The notes under the pieces are model-generated. The model was not told the origin of the DNA, ran no database searches, and was given only the letters and a program-made list of their open reading frames with translations. This document shows, in pieces, positions 1-12,144 of a stretch of DNA of 37,229 nt; position 1 is the first letter of the stretch; each line of letters starts with the position of its first letter. The stretch covers positions 1-37,229 of the forward strand of contig NW_021835943.1 in the NCBI RefSeq assembly GCF_006345805.1, read 5' to 3'. A program made the translations under genes and the position numbers. Source of the DNA: Octopus sinensis (Eukaryota).

Positions 1-196
1 CTCATATAATTAATAATATAAGGGTAAGAAAAATTTTAGAAATTTTTACCGCCAGTGGCCTAGTGTGTAGAAAAATTTAGACAATAGACTATATATTATT
101 CCTATAAATACAGTGTACATTTAAACACATAAGAGGTATCAATCATATGATACCTGGCACGCTAGAAGGAATAGTAAAAACCCAAACCCAATAGGT

Positions 197-199
<3 letters not shown>

Positions 200-230
<31 letters not shown>

Positions 231-256
231 CATATATATATATATATATATATATA
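200..256. repeat. (TA)n microsatellite
   Basis: Direct reading. Confidence 0.95.
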
Positions 257-396
257 GCATTAGAAGTGGACAACCTCACCAACGCAACATACACCAGAAC
301 ACGTGGCAACATGAACACCCGTTTCACCACGAATCGAAGACGAACTACGGTAAGAACTCTTCCCATTCTGTATGCAAACACCCTAATGCACACAAC

Positions 397-3031
397 ATGA
401 ACAAAAAGCACAAACAAAATAGATATTGTTTTGAACAGACCATTAGCAGTAGAAATAACAGGAGATCATTTTCAAGACCTCAACAGAAATTACCCACAAG
501 AAACTGGACAAAAAACCGATCTAGATCTAGAAGTAAACCCAGATCATTTCTTCAGGTGGTTAAAAACAATGCTAACAAGAAATTGAAAAGTAGCATACAT
601 AATACCAAAAACAAGACAGAAAACATAACGAAACCAAGTAAAGTACCACAACCAAAACGCAAAATTCATCAAGCAAACATCAACAGGAATATAAATCATT
701 AACAGAAAAAAATCCATTTTTTTACGTCAGGACAACAAACACCGGAGAAAGAAAAAATCCAAGAGGAAACATACCCCAAACAACTGAACGTATAGATCCT
801 AAAATAATTAATTTATCAAAAAGAGATCTTGACAATGACGAAATTCAACTTCTGTCAAAAGGACTGAAATTCACACCTACACCAACAGCCAACCACCAAG
901 AATTAAAGGAGGATATCCAAAAATTCTGTCGAAAATTACGACTTGTAGAATTCTTCGCTAACAAAAGTAATGAGATTGATGAATCCCTAGTAAGGAATAA
1001 ATCAAATTTCACCCCACCAAAAGGAAGAAATAACTACCTTGACCAATACATTGATATCCTGTCTAAATTTCCCTTAGACGCAATACCAATGTTAGGCCAA
1101 ACATTAGCAAATCAGAGATGTCTGCATGTAAACGTATACAAACGATCAAACAATAATAATTAAACAAGCAGATAAAGGTGGGGTGCAATTGTTATTATGG
1201 ATACCGAATACTATAAGGATTTGGTTGAAGACCAACTGAAGGATACAACCTTCTATTGTGAAATACCCGCAAATATAGACCACCACATCATGAAAAAGAT
1301 CAACAACCTGATCTCAACACACCACAACTCACTTACGGATAATGAAAAAGACTACATCACCAATTTCGAACCAAAACCCAGCAACTTCTACGGCTTACCA
1401 AAAATACACAATCAAAAAATATTCAACAGGCAGTAAAAGAACAAGAAAGTGAGTACATAAAAATTACATCCAAAAGACCTAAAACTTAGACCTATTATAG
1501 CTGGTCCAGCATGCCCTACACACCGTCTAAGCAATTTTATTGACATTGTTTTGAAACCACTATGTACTTACATACCAAGTTTCATCAGGGATGACATCGA
1601 CTTCCTGTCCCATCTTCCCAAAACAACAGAAACAAATTCAGTTTTACTAAGTTTTGATGTGGTAAGCCTCTACACCAATATTCCACACGATTTAGGAATA
1701 AAGGCGATTAAATACTGGTTAGTAAAACATAGAGAAGTGATTCCCAGCAGATTCACAGTGCCATTTATATTAGACACAGTCAAACTTATTCTAGAAAATA
1801 ACACATTCTTCTTCAATGGAAGAATTACATCCAAATTAGAGGCACGGCGATGGGAACGAGGTTTGCTCCCGTTTACGCCAACTCTGTAATGGGATACTTA
1901 GAACAACAACTCTACCAGGTGGAGGTAAGGTAAACTATGGCACTGGATTTAGAAAATATATTGAAAAGGCATGGAAGAGAAATACCTAGACGACTGCTTC
2001 ATAATCTGGACAGAATCTCTAAATACTCTGGAAGAGTTCAATATCCTCCTGAACAACCTACACCCATCTCTCCAATTTACAAAGGAGATGAGTAGTACCA
2101 AATTACCATTCCTGGATATAATGGTAATTAAAAAAAAGACACCACCATCACCACAGATATATACTATAAACACACAGACACACATCAATACCTAAATTTT
2201 AAGTCGTGCCATCCACCACATACAAAACGTAACATCCCATACTGCCTAGCCAGAAGAATTTGTACCATTGTAGAAGATGCAAATATCAGGAACAAACGCC
2301 TAATAGAACTAAGAGAATTTTTGCTCAAACAAAAATACCCATCTCTACTTATAGAAAATGGCATACAGCGGGCTATAAAAATACCCATACAACAACTTAG
2401 GACAACCCAAGGAAGAGGAAAACAAGAACAAGTCATACCATTCATAGTGACACACAACCCATGTCACCAGAATATCTTCAACATTGCCAAAGCAAACTTA
2501 CCAATCATTGCCCAAAGTAATGAATTAAAAGACATAATCACGAATCGAGCTATGGTGCTTAGTAAAAGACAGCCTAAAAACTTGAAAACATTACTAACAA
2601 AGGCAAAATTTGACCTCAGCAACAAAGACCAAACATTCACGGTATCTAAATGCAATGATAGCCGATGTGGCACATGCCAATTCATACATACCGGTCAATA
2701 TATAAACACAAAAACCGGGAAAATATTCACAAACGCGAATATGAACTGCAAAAACAGAAATTTAATTTACTGCATCAAATGCCCAAATTGTGAAGAAATA
2801 TATGTAGGTCAGACGGGAAACGCACTATTAGAACGCTCACGTGTACACCGGCAACAGATTAGAGACCCAGAGGTCCGACAGATACCTTTGAGTAACCACC
2901 TAGCAACATGTGGCCGGAAAATGTATATAATATTTCCGTTCTACAAATTACACAGCCCAAGTGAAATCGAGAGGAGAATCAGAGAAAAGAATTTTATTGA
3001 TAAATTCGAACCCAAGCTAAATAAGCAATAA
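397..3031 (+). pseudogene. PLE reverse transcriptase/GIY-YIG polyprotein, disrupted by several frameshifts
   Basis: ORF-track pieces 397-702, 1197-1436, 1551-1889, 1971-2195 and 2321-3031 are consecutive parts of one PLE protein in different frames. Confidence 0.92.
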
Positions 3032-3525
3032 TAATAATACTTAGAGATATTACTTCCACTGCTACGACAATGACCACTAACAACAACAACAATACTAAAG
3101 GTGATCAAGATGAAGATATCAGGAAAATTATCTTATTTAGGGTTAAAAGTTCTATTGCCACCACCATCACCACTAGCAACAATAATTAAGGTGCTGACAA
3201 TGATGATGATGACAATTGAAATATAAAAATATAAAAATCTCTGACAAAGGATATTTACAACATTTCTAAAAATAACCCAACAATTGCTGCTTCGGCCAGG
3301 GTCAAGATACAGGACTCTTGACATGACCAACAAAGCGTGATGCCTAAACCAATCAGCTCAACCAACCAATCAGCTTAAGTAATTGAGTGATACTACACAC
3401 TGATTGGTCAGAATACAGTTTGCAAAACCTAGCACTCTGGAGCCTACCCAGCTGTATTTATAGCACAGAATCAATCGTCTTGCTACAGTCAAAAATTGTG
3501 AAGCATGACTGTCAACACTACTACA

Positions 3526-3570
3526 TGAACCCGAAGATTGCAGAATTCAATGCATGAAAGTACTAGTTCA
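3526..3570 (+). ncRNA. Minimal type I hammerhead ribozyme motif (U4C core variant) in the PLE 3' terminal region
   Basis: Reads TGAAC-CCGAAGA-TTGCA-gaattcaa-TGCAT-GAAA-GTAC-TA-GTTCA: 5-bp stem I, 4-bp stem II, palindromic stem III AGTACT, and a CUA triplet ending at 3565. Confidence 0.7.
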
Positions 3571-3726
3571 ATCAGAATGAACATTTAACATTCTACTATT
3601 TCATTTTATTTTATTCAATTATATATATTATCTTATAATATATCATTATAAGATTGTAAATAAAACGTGAAAATCAGACAAGGTTGGAATTCTTTTTATT
3701 AATATATTATTCACAATCACTCACAC

Positions 3727-3729
<3 letters not shown>

Positions 3730-3811
<82 letters not shown>
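3730..3811. repeat. (TA)n microsatellite
   Basis: Direct reading. Confidence 0.95.
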
Positions 3812-3815
<4 letters not shown>

Positions 3816-3845
3816 AGAATTCACTAAAAAACAAAAAAAACAAAA

Positions 3846-4020
3846 AAAAAACAAAAGACGAAGACAGGTGGTGTAGACAACAAATAGATGTATTAGTATA
3901 ACGCTCGGGAAGTGAAAAAGTCTTTAACGTTTCGAGCCGACGCTCTTCCACAGAAAGGAACACAGAAAGAAACAAGGAGAGAAAATAAAGAATGTGTGGT
4001 GGATAGCGATGTATCATGGC
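3846..4020 (-). repeat. Interspersed repeat fragment beside (TA)n carrying a degenerate hammerhead-like motif (3922-3957, minus strand)
   Basis: Minus strand reads CTTT-CTGTGGA-A-GAGC-gtcg-GCTC-GAAACGT-T-AAAG. Stems I and II pair and the stem III palindrome is AACGTT, but core position A6 is U. Confidence 0.5.
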
Positions 4021-4179
4021 GAATATATATCTATATATTCACATACACACACACATATATATACGCATATATATACAGACACATAGAAATGCACACATAC
4101 ATACATGCAAACATACCATATTATATATATATATACACACACATTCACAAACACTTATATTCATATGCAAATATATATA

Positions 4180-4220
<41 letters not shown>

Positions 4221-4260
4221 ATTATATACATATATGTACACACACACACATATATAAAGA

Positions 4261-4306
<46 letters not shown>

Positions 4307-4499
4307 TGTATCTGTGTCTAATTATTAAGAGCCTGTAGCTTAAATCTGCGTTACTTGAAGTTTCATAAACGTAAGATACTTCTCTGCAACGGGGTGTGGC
4401 AACTCCGAATCTTGAAAAAAGGCTGATTGTTCTAAATATTTAACCTCAATTTATGTTGAGTGCTCATTTCTTTCGTTTGTACACCTTTTCTGTCTGCTT

Positions 4500-4560
4500 A
4501 TCTGTCTGTCTGTCCATCTGACTGTTTGTCTGCTTGTCTGTCTGTCTGTCTGTCTGTCTA

Positions 4561-4655
<95 letters not shown>
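4500..4655. repeat. (TCTG)n/(TCTA)n compound microsatellite
   Basis: Direct reading. Confidence 0.95.
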
Positions 4656-4657
<2 letters not shown>

Positions 4658-4826
4658 AGGCTTTTCTTCCCACGGATGAACCCAATCTTGTTTCTTGATG
4701 TTTTTAAAAAATTTGTTTCTGTGATCGGATTTTTACATTTATTTCTTTTTTTCTTTTTCCATCTTCGAAAAGAAAAGCTCTACATTTGTATTTGTCCCCT
4801 CTGTATTCAGCCCTGAATAAAGAAAG
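4656..4826 (+). mobile_element. 3' end of a LINE/retroposon family with AATAAA and an (ATCT)n tail
   Basis: aaaagaaaagctctac...ttgtcccctctgtattcagccctgAATAAAgaaagttatctatct; similar sequence occurs on the minus strand at 10902-11030. Confidence 0.55.
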
Positions 4827-5035
4827 TTATCTATCTATCAATTTATCTATCTATGTATATGGCAACGAAAGCTATTCTAAAAACCATGCAATATAAATTC
4901 TTGATTTACTGGAATTATTTTCGCTTCGAAAAGAAGGGAGAGAAGCACTTAGGGGCAAATTGCAACAGCCGCGTCTCTGAATAAGTAAGAAGAGGAGATA
5001 ATCTCGAGTATCCAACAATAATCGAAATTTATTTA

Positions 5036-6199
5036 CAGGGGTTAGACAAAATAATGGAAGCAGCTCGCATCATAGAATCATAATTTTGAAATATCTATAA
5101 AACCGTCAAAAGCTTGTTTATTTTTATGTTTTTTGATTTATTATTAGTGTTGCTTAATATGTTTTGCTAAAATTGCTGTTTATTTTCGGATATCATCAGA
5201 AAAAGGTAACTAAAATTCATTAAAATGACAGATCTATCGGACTTTCAAAGAGGTCAAATTGTTGGTTCTCGTATGGCAGGCGCTAGCGTAAAAACAGTCG
5301 AAATGTTTGGTATATCAAGGAGTACTGTCTCGAAAGTAATGACAGCCTTCGAGAAAGAGGGAAAACTTCCTTGTCGAAAGAAAACTCCGGAAGAAAACCC
5401 AAACTTTCAGATAGGGACCATCGGACTCTTACGCGAATTGTTAGAAAGGATCACAAAAGTACAGCTCCCAAAATTACTGCAGATCTTAATGATCACCTCG
5501 AGAACCCAGTTCCCACAAGAACTGTTCGCCGGGAGCTGCACAAAGCCGGACTTCAAGGGAGGGCTGCAGTCAAAAAACCACTACTTTCAAAAACATTGCA
5601 AAGCGTTTAGAGTGGAGTAAAAACCTACAGAATTGGTTCCTAGAGCAGTGGAAGAATGTGATTTTTCCGGATAAGTCATCCTTTACCTTATTTCCGACCA
5701 CCGGCCGAGTATACGTGTGGAAACATCCAAAAGAAGCATTTGAATCAGACTGCCTTCATCCAACTATTAAACATGGAGGAGGATCTGTGATGATCTGGGG
5801 GGGGGGGCTACATCTTGGAAATCCGCCGGCCCAATGGTTTTCCTTCATGGCAGAATTAATAGTCAAGATTATTTAAGCATTTTGTCTGACCAAATTCCTC
5901 CTATGGAAGTTGAACATCTTATCTGGCCACCACAGTCCCCAAATCTCAATATTACTGAACGTTTATGGTGCATTTTAGAAAAACAAATAAGGAGTCCACA
6001 TCCTCCACCATCATCACTACAAGAACTGGAGACAGTTTTAGCTGAAGAATGGACAAAAATTCCTTTGGAAACAATTCAGACCTTGTACGGGTCCATACCT
6101 TGTAGAATTCAAGCTGTAATTACTGCCAAAGGCGGTCCTAACCCATAATAAAATAAATTTGTTCGGAATTTAAGGTGTTTCCATTATTTTGTCCAACCC

Positions 6200-6202
<3 letters not shown>
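5036..6202 (+). mobile_element. Tc1-like DNA transposon, internally deleted
   Basis: 24-bp TIRs CAGGGGTTaGACAAAATAATGGAA (5036-5059) and TTCCATTATTTTGTCCAACCCCTG (6179-6202), with TA on both sides (5034-35, 6203-04) and Tc1 transposase motifs inside. Confidence 0.96.
5225..6148 (+). pseudogene. Tc1 transposase, frameshifted; the second catalytic D region is deleted
   Basis: MTDLSDFQRGQIVG HTH, GRKPKLSDRD, IFPDKSSF, KHGGGSVMIWG and WPPQSPNLNITE are present. The usual QDNAP.H segment is missing between QIPPM and EVEHLIWPP. Confidence 0.93.
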
Positions 6203-6240
<38 letters not shown>

Positions 6241-6241
6241 T

Positions 6242-6920
6242 TTGAGGAACCAATTGAGATGGTGTGGCCATATTGTTCGAGTGGCAGATGACCGCATGCC
6301 GAAACAGCTGTTTTATGGTTAGCTTGCAGAGTGGAAACGTTATCGGTGTAAGCCTAAAAAAAGGCTTAAGGACGGCATAAGGACTACTATGAAGTCACTT
6401 GGAATAGTTCCAGAAGATATAGAAACCCTTGCTTCGGATCGAGTTGGATGGCGAACAGAGGTGTGGAGTGGAGTGAAAGTATTTGAAGAGGCCAGGATAA
6501 TGCAAGTAAGATTTAAAAGAGATTCTAAGGAAGAATGTAACGATCGAGAAGTTGAATGATAATGACCTTTTTGTGTGCACAGTCTGTGACAGATCATGCC
6601 TGTCTTTTGGTGGCCTCAAATCTCATCTGCGAATGCATGGAAAACGAACCTACACCGACTATTCTGCCTATATGTCTGTGCACACCTTTAAATGCAGTGT
6701 ATTCTAGAAGGTTTGCAAGACCAACGGAGGCATCAAAAGACATTTTAAGATCCACGAAGAGCAGAACTTATCTGCAGCTCTTGGTGGTCAAATCGGAAGT
6801 GCAATCTATGTAGGTGTCTTTTCAGAACATTGTCTGGTTTAAAAAGCCACACCAGATGCCATGATGGTGCTAAAGTGTAGGTACGAGAGGTGGTCAAACT
6901 CTGCAGAAGGAGTAGACGAC

Positions 6921-6922
<2 letters not shown>
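6242..6922 (+). mobile_element. 3' fragment of an RTE-type LINE with three C-terminal C2H2 zinc fingers
   Basis: Manual translation: LRNQLRWCGHIVRVADDRMPKQLFYG*...KPKKRLKD...LASDRVGWR (RTE RT C-terminus), then CTVCDRSCLSFGGLKSHLRMH, CSVF*KVCKTNGGIKRHFKIH and CNLCRCLFRTLSGLKSHTRCH. Confidence 0.85.
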
Positions 6923-6995
<73 letters not shown>

Positions 6996-7064
6996 CATAT
7001 ATATACATATATATATATGTATAATATAATATATATATATTATATATATGTATGTATGTGTATG

Positions 7065-7095
<31 letters not shown>

Positions 7096-7418
7096 TGTAT
7101 GTATGTATGTATGTATGGTATTATGGTATGCATGTATTTATATGTTTATATATACACACACATAGGGAAAGTGAGTGAGGGAGTGAGTGAACAAGTGAGT
7201 GAGCTAAGAAAGAAATATAGGGACAGTCAATATAATAGTCGGATGTAATTTAGTATGTTTGCATATGAATACACATTCACACACAAATACTCATATACAC
7301 ACACTCATACATATGCCCACGCACGCGTGCACATACACACACTCACACATATATAGCTACCATTATCCGTCACAACCAGCAACCCTTAGCTTCGTTGCAG
7401 TATTAATAGACTGTGTTA

Positions 7419-7494
<76 letters not shown>

Positions 7495-7503
7495 TATAAT
7501 ATT

Positions 7504-7565
<62 letters not shown>

Positions 7566-7640
7566 GAATGTATGTATGTATACATACATACATACACATA
7601 CAGAAACGCACATATATATATATATATATACATGTGCCTG
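6923..7640. repeat. Microsatellite cluster: (TA)n, (TATG)n, (CA)n
   Basis: Direct reading; explains the IY/YVCM low-complexity ORFs. Confidence 0.9.
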
Positions 7641-8119
7641 TACGTATAAACACCGTACTTGTGTGCTTATTACATTATGTGATAACTTCTCATATTTCTA
7701 TATTACTTCAGCATAACTCCACCCGTCCCTGTTCACCTATGTTTTTCTCTTTCCTTTTTTTTTTTTAAACCCCGCTTCTAGTAAAGAAGGAGCAAGCTAA
7801 TGTATTAGTTAGCTCAGTGAAAAACACCCTTAGAATTCTAAGGGGATTTGCGGCATATAAGTTAAGGGGTGATATACCGAATAACGTATGCAAAACATTC
7901 GAAATTAACTGAAATTTCCCTCTTATTATGCAGCTTAGTCTGTCAAGACACCGTGCAATGAAGTTTATAAAATCTAATAAATCAGTGTAGCGCGATAAAA
8001 TGGCGGAGGCGGCTAGGCTAAAAAAATAAAAAAAGAAAAGGGGAGGGGGAATTCTAAAGTTTCGAGTAGGACCCTTTACTGGGAGACTATTTTAAGCAGC
8101 ATAATGTAAAATTCTCCAA

Positions 8120-8533
8120 GGATCTTTTCGGTTTGAACGGCAGTTTTTTTCTAGCGGTGTCATATGAAATTGTCACCCATAATTATGACCCTAGTATCGA
8201 TCTATTGCATTTCAATCTGTTTTATGGTTAGGGTTAGGGGTGGGGGGAAGGGTATCTTTTTTTCTTCACAAATGTAAATAAACCCAATCTGTTTCTTAAA
8301 CGAGAGACATATTCATGCGGCACAGAATGTTTTCACCTCAATAGACGTCATTGATTGGTTGAAATTGAAGAAATTGAAGAAAAACAACAACAAATATCTT
8401 ACAAACTATAGAATTTTCTCAATAAAGCCAAGAGAAAAAGATGTTTTATAAACACATTCTACCAGTATAAGTTTTAAATGTTTTAGTTACCTAGAAATTA
8501 TGTTAAAAACTGCCGTTCAAACCGAAAAGATCC
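8120..8533. mobile_element. 414-bp MITE-like element with 29-bp TIRs, flanked by a 35-bp direct duplication
   Basis: TIRs GGATCTTTTCGGTTTGAACGGCAGTTTTT (8120-8148) and AAAAACTGCCGTTCAAACCGAAAAGATCC (8505-8533). Flanks 8085-8119 and 8534-8568 match at 34 of 35 positions. Confidence 0.88.
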
Positions 8534-9974
8534 GACTATTTTAAGCAGCAAAATGTAAAATTCTCCAATACTGGTTTCTGTATACAGAACACATATAGTT
8601 TAGTAGAGGTAAAAATAGATTTTAATCAATAGAAATTAAAGCGGTAATGACAAGAAACGTTATGGGGCATTAATGACAATTCTTCACATGAAGGACTAGA
8701 AAGAGAATTTTGAAATTTAAATTGACCTAAAATTGATCTAAAATTGATCTGAAATATAAATTGATCTACAATTACAAGGCAGTGGAAAGTGAATCTGACC
8801 TTTGATAAATGTTAGGACAACTCCATAGACTCTACCTCAACGAAGTATTATAGCCGACAGTGGTTATCAACTATTTGCACTTCAACGCCCACTTTTCGTC
8901 AAATGGCATTTTAAAAACGTCCTCTTTCTCACGTTTTGCAGAATAAAGCAAAAAAAAAAAAATACAATAAATAAATAAAAAATAAGAATAAAATAAAATT
9001 AATAAAAAAATGCAGCATATTATTTTAATCTAACAAAGTTAATTTTGCGCAATGGCTTATCTATATTTTCTTATATAATCCCTTTGTTAAATTTTTATGG
9101 TGAATACTAAAAAAGTGGGGACTTGTATAATGAAATTATATTGGACTTTGACACATCAATAGTTGAATTCTTGCTCACAGATGGCACAATGTCTTGTACA
9201 AATCTTAATTCGGAGAAAGATTTCATTGAAAATGGGTTTTTTTTAATACGCTGTTACACTTGATTTAAATATTATATTTAAAAAAATCCCAGCACCTCTA
9301 ACTCATGCGCTCAATTTGCGCCCCTACAGGACCCCCTTGTGAGCTCAAAACACCCTCAAAGAGGCGCTACTGCCCAGGGTGGAAACAATTGTATAACATA
9401 TTTACTAGTTCCTAGAAAGACTCAGAGGAAATAGTTTTGGTGTAAAGATTATTCCCTCAGACAATTTACAGTAAGAACATTGTAGAATTTCTTAGAGTAC
9501 CTTCTGTGTGACGAAGCATTTAGTCGAGTGCAGGGTAACAGATCAATAATAATTGTTAATCAGACATAGGTATATCAGAAAAGTTACCAGACTAATCAAT
9601 ACAGCCCATCATAAGATCCGGTCCTTGTTACGGTGCCTGCGCCAAGAAGTGCGTGAATGAAATTTGCTAAAGGGATGCAAATCCAATTTTTTAGTATATT
9701 CAAAACGTTTTCATTGCACCCCAAACATTTTAGAGATTGCGCTTGCACCCCATCTCACTGAACTCCCTGTTCTCGAGATTATGTCAAAAGGGTTAATGTG
9801 TAAGTGACCCCAGTGTTCCAAAGACACTCAAAATCAGCCTGGCAGGGCATGTGCTAAATCTGGCCCTTTACATAACAGGCCATCTGATGGGTTTCCATGC
9901 AGTTTCATTCAGAAGGCTCGAGTGGATACGAGGCTATGATTAAACACATTTTCCTCCAGTCAGCTATGCCTACG

Positions 9975-9976
<2 letters not shown>

Positions 9977-10033
<57 letters not shown>

Positions 10034-10450
10034 GCACAGACACACACATTCATGAAGTTTGCATGTTCACTCAGTCCTGCACAGGGGTATGCATATGCAT
10101 ACATATACATGCATATATATGCAGAGACACACATACACCCACACAAACGCACTCACACGCGTGCGCGTGCACATGCGCGCACACACACACACAAATACAA
10201 AGACATACACATACATGCGCATAGACATGCATTCATACGCACATACGTATTACATGTACACTTTCACACACACACATACACACGCATGCGTATTCGCATG
10301 CACACAGATACGCATGCGCACATATACACACATGTACCCAAATACATACATACATACATACATACATACATACATACATACATACATACACAAACATGTA
10401 CATACACATAAACGCACACAACGCGAATCTACACACACATCCACACACCC
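9977..10450. repeat. (CA)n and (TACA)n microsatellite cluster
   Basis: Direct reading. Confidence 0.9.
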
Positions 10451-10831
10451 TTACATCCACTTATGATAGCGGTGGTATTGGTTGTGGCAGTAGTAATGGT
10501 GGTAGCGGTGGAGGCGGGGTGTTTTGGTGGTGGTATGGTAACAAATGCGGTTACTATTGTAGTTAGCAGAAGGCCTAACTAGACACACACACACACACAC
10601 GCACACACAAAAGATAGTCCACCACCACCACCACCAACGCCAGCATCAACACCGCCATTAACACTAGCTAGGATTCATCTCCTGCACCCAAAGGAAATAT
10701 AACAGAGCTCGAGGTGAAAGTTGAGGTGGGACAGAGAGGTGAGATTAGTTCAGCCAACCACACTGACCTGCTGTTGAATGGTAACCTCGGGGTAAATTGG
10801 TTTGGGCGGTGGGACAAAGGGTGAGGTAGAA

Positions 10832-10901
<70 letters not shown>

Positions 10902-10903
<2 letters not shown>

Positions 10904-11030
10904 GTTTCTTTATTGGCCACACAGGGCTGCACACAGATGGGACAAGTTACAAGGTAGAGCTTTTCTTTTGGGTGATGAAAAAAAGGGGGGTTTTCGATCA
11001 AGAGGGATCGTAAAAGGGAAGAAAGGAACA
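10902..11030 (-). mobile_element. 3' end of a LINE/retroposon with AATAAA and an (ATCT)n tail
   Basis: Minus strand reads aaaagaaaagctctaccttgtaacttgtcccatctgtgtgcagccctgtgtggccAATAAAgaaactt(atct)n; same family as 4656-4826. Confidence 0.6.
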
Positions 11031-11063
11031 AAAAAAAAATTATAAATAAAATAAAATAAAAAA

Positions 11064-11064
11064 T

Positions 11065-11113
<49 letters not shown>

Positions 11114-11137
11114 AAGACAGACAGACAGATAGACAGG

Positions 11138-11224
<87 letters not shown>
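11064..11224. repeat. (GATA)n microsatellite
   Basis: Direct reading; a second tract lies at about 10832-10902. Confidence 0.95.
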
Positions 11225-11225
<1 letters not shown>

Positions 11226-11670
11226 AGAGAAAGGAGAGAGAGAAGGGGACGATCTTGTCAGTTCTTTATGTGTGTACACAGTTGATGTACTTCGTGTATC
11301 TATGTGTGTATATCTGGTAATGTGTGAGTGTAATCGTGTGTGTTTGTGTGTATGTGGAAATGTGCACGGATACTAATGTGTGAATTTAAGTTTGATTACT
11401 TGTCTGTATGTACTAATCTCTGTGCCTTTATGGCCTAATCTGAGTATTTCTGTGTGAAGAATTGTGTATGTTTATATATGTGTGTATGTGTCATTGTACA
11501 AGTACAAGTGTATAACGCGTGCATGCGTGTGTGAATACGCGCACGCTTCTATGTTTGTGGTTCTGCGTGCAAATGTCGTTCTGAATGAATAGATGTCGTT
11601 ATGTGTGAATATGTTTTACTGCAGTTGTATGTGTGTGTGTGTGTGGTGTGTGTGTGTGTGTGTGTGTGTA

Positions 11671-11708
<38 letters not shown>

Positions 11709-11775
11709 CATACATGTGTGTATGTGTGTGTGTGTGCATGTGTGTGTGTGTGTACACGCGCGTTTTGCATGTGTA

Positions 11776-12070
11776 TTTGCAAATTCTAATGACCTGTTTC
11801 TCGTTTCAGAGTCTGTCAAAGAGCAGCAGAGAAAATTCCAAACCTGGAAGCATTGTTCAGAGTTCAAAAAGCCTAAAGGTCAACATTGTAAAGACCAAAG
11901 TACTGGATAATAAGAGAAGTACAAAATCCTACTGGCCTCGGGGAAGTGGCCTTGTTTGATATGTAGGAAAGGAGTTGGTAGGAACACTACACTGTGTACA
12001 CACGGCACACACAATATACAGTTGGCTATCTGGAAGATTGACGGAGAACTAATAATTCAAATACATTAGA
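11776..12070 (+). mobile_element. RTE-type LINE reverse transcriptase fragment (YADD region plus Cys-rich insert)
   Basis: Across frames: FANSNDLFLVSESVKEQQRKFQTWK...KSLKVNIVKTKVL...GKWPCLICRKGVGRN, which resembles degenerate LYADDLVLIAES...GLKVN..KTK...WPC..C.KGVG.N. Confidence 0.75.
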
Positions 12071-12144
12071 CATACAGAGATACTTTACGGTTTGAGGCAC
12101 CCATGAAAAGAAGTCTCTAAATTGCTCAAATGGATGACTTGACT

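Larger units (their letters stand above)
257..3729 (+). mobile_element. Penelope-like retroelement (RT + GIY-YIG endonuclease), frameshifted near-full-length copy between (TA)n tracts; boundaries approximate
   Basis: Manual translation across frames gives PLE motifs in order: INLS..L...E..LLSKGLKFTPTP, KQADKGG, NFYGLPKIH, LRPIIAGPACPTHRLS, SFDVVSLYTNIP, GTAMG, YLDDCFIIW (1983-), LPFLDIMV, a Cys linker (C..SRCGTC) and the GIY-YIG NLIYCIKCPNCEEIYVGQTG. A 3' non-coding region carries a hammerhead motif. Confidence 0.93.

Noticed and set aside
8226-8245. GGTTAGGGTTAGGGG telomere-like motif
   Set aside because: Only about two units inside a MITE; not an interstitial telomere.
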